The notes beneath the pieces were generated by a model, which had not been told where the DNA came from, did no database searches, and saw only the letters and a program-made list of their open reading frames with translations. The position numbers were made by a program, and so were the translations under genes. From Setoptus koraiensis (taxonomy: Eukaryota > Animalia > Arthropoda), in assembly GCA_048013815.1 (NCBI GenBank), contig CM106585.1:4092001-4156000 (forward strand): 64,000 bases of DNA, written 5' to 3'. Shown here in pieces: positions 54,633 to 64,000 of this stretch. Position 1 is the first letter of the stretch. Every line of letters begins with the position of its first letter.

Positions 54633-57600
54633 TCATGGCCGACTTTCAACCTCTGCTCTCTGTAATGGTGCGGAAGCCGAATCTGAGGCTGGTGGTACCG
54701 CCGCTTTCACTTGGGGCTGGCTTATGCCCAGTAACGAACACAAATTGTTCCTTATCGGCTTAATTTTTTCCACGGATGAGGTCCAGTCGTTCTCACTTAG
54801 TAGTGCCATGGCCTCATCTGGAATCTCAATGGTATCAAAGTATGTCATCAACGATAAATAAAGCTGCTCTGCTGTGTATGCTCGTATTTTGGGAAACTTT
54901 GAACACAACAGTATGACAACATAACCGAGGCACTCGCGCTGTATCTCTGTAAAAAAGTACAATGTAAATAAATTAGATGAGAATATCGAATGTATCATGT
55001 ATCATGTATCATCATGATAGAATATGAACGAGACAATACTGGCGATACTTACTTGGAAACTGAAGCATGGCGCACAACACTTTTGATACTAGCATTAGTC
55101 TCATTAGGTCTACGCCCTTGTGTTTCCAGCAGAACTTGATAAGCTCCAGTTGGAATTTCTCGTTCACGTCATTGAGAAGTCCGCTAGTAAGTAAAAACTC
55201 CGTCGTTATAAAACCTGATACCAGTATACGCTGATTGTTTTCGTTGGCTTGGAGAGTTTGCAAGTACGCCCAATAGACTTGATCAATGATGGTCGCATCT
55301 TTTTGCTTGCATATCATTATCAAATACTCCTTTAGTGCCACCCTGAATTGTCTTGCGCAAGCATCACTTGTCTGACCAATACTCGGTATTAGGCCCTTCC
55401 AAACGCTCGTACTGTAGTCCGGCTTACTCAATAAACTTATGAACGCAGGAGTTGAGTCATCTCTCCAATTGAACTCATCCGAAAGTTTTTCGCGCTCGCC
55501 TATGGCCAAAATAAAATCATGTTCGGGTATATTGGGAACTGAACTATGAGCTATGTGATAGAAGGCTTGGCCCGCTACTTCTCTCGCCAGATCATTGTGA
55601 TACACAGCTTGTTGCGCAATGGCAGCCATCATACGACGAACCAGATCCTGATCAAACATAGTCTTGACATTAATATTCACTAAATAAGGCGCTAGCTCTT
55701 TCATTGATTTAATAGCGGCCCGTCTGACCACAACACCTATGTCGCCGCGCTGATCTGATGTGTAATCTTGAGCGCATTCAACGAGACTATCAAATCCCGA
55801 TATGATAAATGCACTCGAGACAATTATTATGGATGGTTCCAAGCGTAGTAAAAATTCTGTAAAAGCTAAACATGCATCAGCTTTGGCATGAGCAAACACT
55901 TTGGTGCCATTATTAGTTGGCTGCTTCAAATATTCTGTTAGTGATATCAAGACAATATGTAGAGTATCGCAATCCAACTTGTATAGTTCTGACAACTTCG
56001 ACAGACCTTTAAGGCCTCCACGTCGACTACTTTCATTGGCACTCTTCAGTAATTGATTGAAATTTGTCAATATTCGATCTTGAGATGTTTTGTCCTCTTT
56101 GTAAAAATACATGCACATCGATATTAATGCTGAAGCTCCAGCATCACGTAAATTTTCTTCATCACAGTCTAAGGCGGATAAAGCTATCGACTCCCACAAA
56201 CTCAATACATTCGAATCTCCTGCTGAATGAATATCTTCGTTCTTGAATAATTGTGCTTCGCTTGATGCCACAATGATATTGCATATGGCCTCCGTGAATA
56301 TAGGAGCTGCTTGTTTACTCTCGAGCTGTTTCGTGCATAATTCGGCTATCTTGGAGACATGATCAATCAAATCTTGCGAATACCCGGATTGTAACGCTCG
56401 CAGACCGATGATGATCTTTGATAAAGCTTCTATACCTCCATGCTTTATGTTGTTGTTTTCAGTCTGCACAGTCATAGCTATCAATGCCGGAATCACTTGC
56501 TTGTCAACGAATTCTTTGTCCACATGAAGTATAAGACCACATAGAGCCTCGCTTGCAAGACGTCTTATTTGAATATCCCAGTGTCCAATTTTTTTCTCAA
56601 CTAAATGCTCCACCAATGGTTGAGAGTATTTGTTGAATTTGGCTAAATATGTTGAAAGCTGTAAATATGCTATAGTGCGTTGTCCGACATTCTGATAATC
56701 AGCATTTGAGATAATATCGATGCCTTCCTCGTTAGTGAATGACCCTTGACGACCTACCAGTTCCTGAAAAGCTGCAGATGCAGCTCGACGACACTGGACT
56801 TCTCTATCGAACACCATGGTGCATATTAGAGCGGTGGATATGGAATCTACAAGAGTCTTCAAAAGACTCTCATCATAAACTCTAGCCATTGCCCAACAGC
56901 AATAACAAGCTGCATCACGTACTTGTGTACCGACAGAGAAGCTACCTTTGTTTTTGTCATAGATAATGGCTTTCCTGATTAATTCTGCTGTTATATTAAG
57001 CTTTTCAGGAAGTATAAGACCATGTCGAGCCATCTCGGCGATTGTCAAACAACCTCCATGCCAAGCATATTCATTGGTTTCATCTGTCATTATATTAAAC
57101 ACAGCATCTAAGATGTCATCAGCAGCTTCTTTTGGCAACCTATTCGATATTCTTGCCAGACCCTTGGCTGATGACCATCGGATTTTGGTTTGTGAATCTT
57201 GAACTCCAACAAACAATGAATTGATTATGGGCTCCAGGTCAGGCTCGCAATCCTCTTCATCGTTAGCTTCAGTGAGTATTTGATTGCCTGATGTTGCACC
57301 GTGTTTCGTGATACTATCAGCATCGATGCGTTTACCGAGTATACGACTGCCACGAGAGTATCTCCAGGGCGCAATTCTATTGGGTAGTAGGTTGAGACCG
57401 ACCCGTTGGCACAATTTGATGAGAAGCTGCCTAATGAGCTCCCTATTGACTTTCTCAATGTCGGTACGATTTAACGTTTCGATGATACGCTGACATCTCG
57501 ATTTCATATCCTGTCTTGAGCCCATCTTAAATATATAATTTAATGTTCTTAAAAATCCTATGAGATTGACATCTTCCAAACTATCAACACGTCCTAGCTT

Positions 57601-58275
57601 TATGTCAGCAAGATTGTTAATGGTAAGATTAATGAAATTATCCAAGTGCTTGCCTTGCTTGTTCACGTCTGATCTGGTGAGAAACTTGGCCAGACAAAAA
57701 GCTGTTGCATGTTGACATGAATCGTGAGAGCCTAGATTCTTAAGTAGCAAATTGTATATTTTATCAGCTAGTGGGACATCTTGTGTGCCATCATCGAATT
57801 TGGCTAAGTCGAATGGCACCAATACTACAATAGACAACCATACAGTTAGTACATATCTCGTTTGCCAATTGTCTCTACTGGCCGATTCATCCTGTTTCGC
57901 TAGTAGATCCACCAAAGGCTTTAGTTTGTCTGTATCATGAGGGAAACGTTTTGATATAGATTTGAATCCTCTGACCTTGATTAGATTGTATAAGAACTTG
58001 AATACTGCATGATATCGATTGTCTGGAACGTCTGGCTGCAATACAATATCGGTCAATTTGTTTATAATACTTTCCAAATGTCCATCGAGTAATTCAGGTT
58101 GCTCTTGATAGTTGTCGACAATCTTACGAAAAGACTCAACAAGTTTCTCTGCTTGACCGGCCTCTTTTGATTCTTTGCCAGTTAAATTTGAATTTAAATT
58201 GTTGATCAAGTTGAGACAATCATCGAAATGTACAAATCTCTCATGGTTTCGTGGACATGTATCCATGACGACCAA
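54633..58275 (-). CDS. TBCD: Tubulin-specific chaperone D; exons 58275-55053 and 54946-54633, 1178 aa
   Basis: YQEQPELLDGHLE, WQTRYVLTVWLSIVVLVPFDL, IRWSSAKGLARI, WHGGCLTIAE, QVRDAACY..WA and FDREVQCRRAASAAFQELVGR. A 106-nt phase-1 intron (CCA A|gtaagt...ttacag|AG) joins to LLCSKFPKIRAYTAEQLY. Confidence 0.96.
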
Positions 58276-59521
58276 AATAAATGATGAGATTGACCACGAT
58301 AACTATCTAGTTTAATAGCAAACACTGGGTTTAAATTTTAGCAGGTAATAAATAAGTGGATGCCTCACGAAATGGCTTTCTACAACAGCCCGATCGTCTT
58401 GAGGAAAAACTCTCGCGACTGGCAGACGATTAGAGTGTTTGAATCTATCACATATGTATGCAATCTAAATAAGTGTTATTAAAATAAGATACAACTTGAT
58501 TATGTAACTGCTAATTCACATTAGTAACTCTGTAACAGCCTGTTTGACAGAAGCGAGCTTACAACCGATACAAATCAGCTGTACAACAATAAATATTCAT
58601 CAAACATGACTGACCGAGCCGGATGCACCGCCCACCGTTTCGAAGTGACACACCCCCCATTTCTGTGCGGATTCGCTTCTTTTTCATATAACTTTCCTCA
58701 AAAAATCTCTCTAAAAACTATATTGGCCTATATGATTATTAACTGGTTGGCATCACTGAAATCACACAATCCTCGTTACGTAACCTATTTATTGGGTAGC
58801 TCCGAGGAAATCTTGTTTAGAAATATTAGCGGCACATTATTCAACATATTATGTGCAACTGCAACGCGCACCTGCTAATTTCAAGTCACTAACAATTCTT
58901 GGCATTTCCGCTTGATAGAATATCAACAGCTAAGAATTTTAAGAGGATCTCTTTCATCTCAACAGGTATGTATAGAATTCTAAGAAAGTTTATTCATCTA
59001 TGAACAAGTTACGACTCGCCACAGGCTGAGGGAGCGAGATGCTGAAAGATCATTTTGATCGACTCTAAATACAATGTATGCATCTCAATACTATCAACTA
59101 GTTTGCTAGAACAATAGACATTTCTATTTTCAGCCCCATCGATCGCCTCTTTACAGACTGCTACACGTTAGGCAGATTAAAGCGAAACATTTTTGTCCCA
59201 GCTAGTCTTTTGGTTAGTCTTTGATCTGAATGCTATCAATTTATATGAGAATTCGACTTCTCATTAATCCAAATGTCATACATACATATTGAACCTCACA
59301 CTACAAAAGTGAATTGATAGCTAGCTGTGCTAATCGCGATATATTCTATTATGCTTTTTCGGGCAGAATAAATATCCAGTGAATCATCCCGTCATTCAAT
59401 CAACCAACATGTGGGTTTAGTTCTATCTTATTGAGTGTTGATTGTAATGTAATAATAATGTTTAGTTGATACAGCTTCAATTCATTTTCTACCATCACCT
59501 CGATTCAAAGTCGGTTGCATC

Positions 59522-60874
59522 TTAGTCTTCTCCGTAATAGAACGTCCTTATTAAATCGGCTACAAATATAAATGTTGAGATGGAACCAAAAGAGACCTGA
59601 GTATAAAAACGGGTGCATCGGACAGAAATAACAATTAACTATGTGAAATCTAGATAAAGTGATCAGATGAATATTAGTTCATCAACCAAACTTACGCTAC
59701 TCATTGTCTTAAAAGTCAGAGGGATCACGTTGAAACACGTGAAGCTTATTATTTCATCGCGCAATCTATTTATAAATAAGGCGGCGTTTTCTTTGGTATT
59801 TTCGGGTATATTATCTACGAATAACATGGCTAGTATTGCCTCGTATGGTGAATGAGCCGCATGTGAAACCTCTGCCGCTTCGCACAAAACTCCAAACATC
59901 AATATCACAAGGTAAATTTGCACGAAAATCAAGCTGAATTTAACAAACCAATCGAGAATTTCCATGAACAACAGTACATATGTCACCATGTATGATAGAC
60001 TAATGACGTACAACCCAAAGACAAATATGACTTTGCTCCAAAATTTATCAGATTGATGTAATATTTCAGATAGTTCAACATGTTGCAAAAAAAGTAGAGA
60101 TATTCTACTTGATGCCGCACTATTTTTTGGATTGTCTAGGCATTCATTCACGCAAGCTTGTATCTTACAACTTAATTGATGATATTCCGATTTCATTGCT
60201 CTACAGATAAACAAGAATGCTGTTATGGCGAGAGTGAAAATATAGAGAACGTAAGCCTGAATCAACGTAGACGTAGGCACGAAGCTTATCCAATTGAAAT
60301 TTCTTGAGCATACCTCATCGTACCAAGAATCGCATAGAAATTTTGAGCTTCGGATGACAACAGCGTAAAGTATAGACCGTATTATTCTCTCAGAATATTT
60401 TCTGTACTCGAATACGACTTCGTCGGATTGTTTTCCTATTTTGATGTATCTCATTTTCAATCTCTCATTTAAATTGATACTTTTAGATGATGCGAATGGT
60501 AGCCTCCACTCTGTTGTCTTTGAGAATTTTCGAAACAGCCAAATAAGCATTATTCCAGCCACCGCCGACAATAAATACAAGATTATTATCAGATTTAATG
60601 ATTTTTTTTGCGAATTTGTACCAAACATGCAGAACAGATCCCCAGTTAGCGCGTCCATTAAAAACTTGTAGTCGTCGAATAATGTCCTCTTCAGAACAAA
60701 GTATAGTAGTCTCGAAATTTCTATAGTAAATAGCATATACAATAAATTTATAAACTGGAGCTTTCTTTTCTGAGACCATACACTCTGTTGCCATTCGTAG
60801 TCATTGTCTTCATAGAAGACATCCGACGATTGTAATATCTTTAGCCTGACGAATGGCTCTTCGATGAAGCTCAT
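59522..60874 (-). CDS. Gustatory-receptor-like 7TM chemoreceptor (GR-A); exons 60874-59696 and 59596-59522, 417 aa
   Basis: Multiple TM helices and a GR-like C-terminal FT..N..PL segment. A 99-nt phase-0 intron (AGC|gtaagt...tactcag|GTC) precedes a short TM7 exon VSFGSISTFIFVADLIRTFYYGED*. Phase-0 introns near the C-terminus are typical of arthropod GRs. Confidence 0.72.
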
Positions 60875-61133
60875 TCTGATTAAATAAGTTTTATATAATT
60901 ACACTGAGATTATTTGGTATAGTTTGCTAGAATCACTGATAAAATTTGATTAAGAAATATATTGATTCGAATATATTTTATCAAGTGTTCGAGATAAGTA
61001 CGAAAATATTAAAAGTGCACTACACAGAATATCGGTACCTATCGCGATCGAAATAGAAACTATTGATGTATCTCTGAATTATTTATGAGTGTTTTTTATT
61101 TATGCAATTCATTTCGAACGCGATCACTTTCAC

Positions 61134-61206
61134 GCTTTTCAGTTTTTTCTATATAGAAAAGATTATGTTGCAAATTGTGACAAAAACTGCCTTGAACGGG
61201 TGTGGA
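61134..61206. repeat. 73-bp direct copy of GR-B coding sequence 62296-62371
   Basis: gcttttcagttttttctat[a/g]tagaaaagatt(att)atgttgcaaattgtgacaaaaactg[c/t]cttgaa[c/t]gggtgtgga; three substitutions and one 3-nt indel. Confidence 0.9.
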
Positions 61207-61288
61207 CGTAATAATCACTTATCTACAACTCACTCACAAACCTTTTATCGATAAGTTAGCTCAATCCACGACGACAACATTACATGTT

Positions 61289-62743
61289 TCAAATGTCTCG
61301 CTCGTAAAACGAACTCCTGATCATATCTACCAGGAGAACAAAGAGAGATGTCCATCCGAAAGTCATCTAGAACGAAAAATTAAGGAAGAAATTGAAGAGG
61401 AGTTTTGTTGGGTGAATTCGATGATTCTTGGGGTATATAAATGAATGTATGAATGAAATGAGCTCTAAATCAGAGCAATACCAACCTCACTGATGAATCT
61501 ATAGTTTATTCTGGAGCGGTTAATAGAGGTATAAGAAACCAGCTGGTGCTTTAATCTGTCCTGGAAAGATAGTACCTATTTGAATATCAAGAATATGACA
61601 TCATATTGCATCTCGTTACTCGACGTTGTGTAGATTTATGATTATTATTGCAACGTGAACGCAACTTACTAGTTGTCTGACATCATTCGGGAGATCTCGG
61701 ACAAATGTCATAGAGTACAAATACTCGTAAGGTGAATGGGCATGAAAGCAAACTGAGGCTGCAATTAGATGAACTATAATATTCACACTCATAACTGATA
61801 CTAGTGCAAAAGCTACCACCATTCTGATATAAATTGAAAGTTCTCCAAAAAGAATCAAATAACTCAGGTGCAACGATATAAATGTTAAAACTGCGGCAGT
61901 TGGTTCATTTAATTTAGACCAAAATCTGTCCGATTGTTCTATGTTATCCGATAGCTCTAAGTGATAGAAATAAAGTTTCTTGAAATCTCCTAATCTTTTC
62001 TTGGATTGAATATCGTTTGAGTTAGCCACGATAGCACATTCAAGTATGCCTTGACTAATATTTTTAAACTCATTGATATATGTTGAACAAATAAAATAGT
62101 ATAATATATATAACTTGCCAAACAGCATATAAGTATAATAGTAAACGAAGGTAAGCATCATTGTTGAGATGCTATTGCCGATGACATGATTGCGACAAGA
62201 AGCGTCATTTATATTATTATAAACAGACAGGCAATTGAGCCCTGCCATAGTTAAAATCATAGGCACTCTAACTATAGTGATAATCCTGCTGAAAAGCTTT
62301 TCAGTTTTTTCTATGTAGAAAAGATTATTATGTTGCAAATTGTGACAAAAACTGTCTTGAATGGGTGTGGATTGCAATAAATAGAATGGCATGAGCCATT
62401 CTGTTTTGTCGGTTTCAGTCCTTCCAATATAGAGAATATCTACTATTAAGAAAGTTAATGTTGCAGCGAGGATCATTATGTGCACGTACTCAGTGCCGTA
62501 AATGCAATAATATTCCATGAACAAAAACTGATATGCATTTCCGCTCAGCACCTTGATCATAAACTTCAAATTACATTCCACTATAAACACCAGACAAATA
62601 GCAATCAGAGCAATTTTATCATATGATTGAGGCAAAACTTGTTGGACATATTTGCTGTCTTCCGGTATAAATCTCATTGTCTGTAGTTCTGTGATGAACG
62701 GGCTGTGTTTAATCAACGATTTAGCGCTGTTGCAGTGTGTCAT
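61289..62743 (-). CDS. Gustatory-receptor-like 7TM chemoreceptor (GR-B); exons 62743-61670, 61575-61486, 61366-61289, 413 aa
   Basis: Paralog of GR-A (shared SD(K/R)FWSK and HSPYE). Two phase-0 introns (94 and 119 nt) give VLSFQDRLKHQLVSYT... and a terminal exon MTFGWTSLFVLLVDMIRSSFYERDI* that aligns without gaps to the GR-A terminal exon. Confidence 0.72.
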
Positions 62744-64000
62744 GGTTGCTGAAGTTGCTGTCGACGATCTGATTCTATTTATTGCTTGTGGACATCTTCC
62801 TGCGGATAATAGTGGCTACTATTGATAACAATATACCCGTGATCCAGTGATGATATTGGCAAAGACTGGCAATTTTTTTTTTCCATTCCATATCTCGAAA
62901 GTTTGCACCCATTTTGATATTATCCACGAGTTGGCTCAAGTTGTTGTACGCATATTTTCCAGACATATGTCGCCATAAATAATTGATGCTGTCCGCACGA
63001 GCGGCGGCTGCTCGGAGTGTTGCAACTTGCTGAACTTGCCCGAGTGTCGAACATACGACGCAAACAGTTGTAACCTTATCCGGTGGGTAATTCCTGGTTC
63101 GGTGTGTTCGGTTCACTGTTGGCCAAAAAGGGTTGCCAGAGGTAAACACGGCGAGCGGAACTGCTGGTGAATCCATCACATTCTGATTATCACTGGTAAT
63201 TTATCGGTGATAATTACAACGACAATTGGGCAGTGATAATGTTAAATGACTTGATATCTCATCAGATAATTCGCCGGTAACTCGACACCGACACGATAGG
63301 CGCGCTACGCTCGGTCCGGCGGCAGGTGTCGCCCCGATCGAGTGTGACACCAGCAAGGCATGGGGCCGACAAATGAAATGATCGAACCACCGAGCACGAA
63401 TCGAACAATATCGCCAAGATCGCTTTGCACAGCAAACAGCAACAACAGATGGGGGCGCGAATTTGGGCCACGGCGAGCCCGCCCCCTGTCGCGATTGTTC
63501 GATTGGCAATTGGCGGCCACAGTTCGATCCGGTCACAGTTCGATCCGGCCACCATTCGATTTCGGTTCGGTGTTGCCGAAACAATGCAACACCAAATCGA
63601 ATCGACCAGCGTACACGCGGACCACAATTGAGCGTATAAGTGCGCCAATCTAACATGGCAATGCCATACGTTTAGGTTGTAACCATGCGTTGCAGGTTGA
63701 GCAGCGTAGACTCCGCCGCGTGTCTAATACCTACGTGCATGCGGCATAACTTGTGCCGTGTGTGTAAGCGAGATTGCATCGGACAATTGTGAGAGGCGCG
63801 CTAACGTTACAACTTGGGCGCGCTCCAGCTCCGGCGTTGTGTGTCGCGCGTTTGGGCGCCTTTTGCGCTTGAACTGTGACAGAACCGCGAGCCAGTCAGC
63901 GCCAGCACACTGACTCACTCTACACTCTGTTAAGTCTACACGCTGGCTGGCACGTACACACATACACACACGCAGCGCGAACAGACAAACGAACAGACGA

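Noticed and set aside
63500-63570. tRNA genes at GTTCGATCC motifs (also 35940-35995)
   Set aside because: No T-stem pairing, acceptor stem or cloverleaf.

Overview
Eukaryotic genomic DNA from a compact, intron-poor arthropod. A streamlined acariform mite (eriophyoid-like) is my inference from gene content, divergent gustatory-receptor-like genes and extreme intron loss; it is not proven. Two gene-dense, roughly 40% GC islands carry ten supportable genes. Left island (3.9-27.3 kb): ecdysoneless, RRM2, CDC7, UBA3, BUD31, a C-terminally truncated NURF301/BPTF, Hey and a 6-exon NALCN. Right island (54.6-62.7 kb): TBCD and a tandem pair of GR-like 7TM receptors (counting these two, eleven genes in all). 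I reconstructed exon junctions by hand for RRM2, NALCN, TBCD and both GRs. Between the islands is a ~27 kb block that is much more GC/CpG-rich than the coding DNA and has no recognisable protein-coding gene. It is saturated with microsatellites, short independent tandem micro-duplications and palindromic motifs such as GGGCCC. Similar sequence occurs at both window edges. No CRISPR array, transposase, tRNA, rRNA or known miRNA could be supported. Best leads: NURF301 lacking its PHD-PHD-bromodomain module; a single K-type NALCN pore exon that keeps both flanking introns; 3'-biased intron retention, including a precise intron difference between the GR paralogs; a Su(H)+Hes-site module upstream of Hey; an E2F-linked convergent RRM2/CDC7 pair with back-to-back polyA signals; and the motif grammar of the GC-rich desert. 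All counts and coordinates were obtained by eye.
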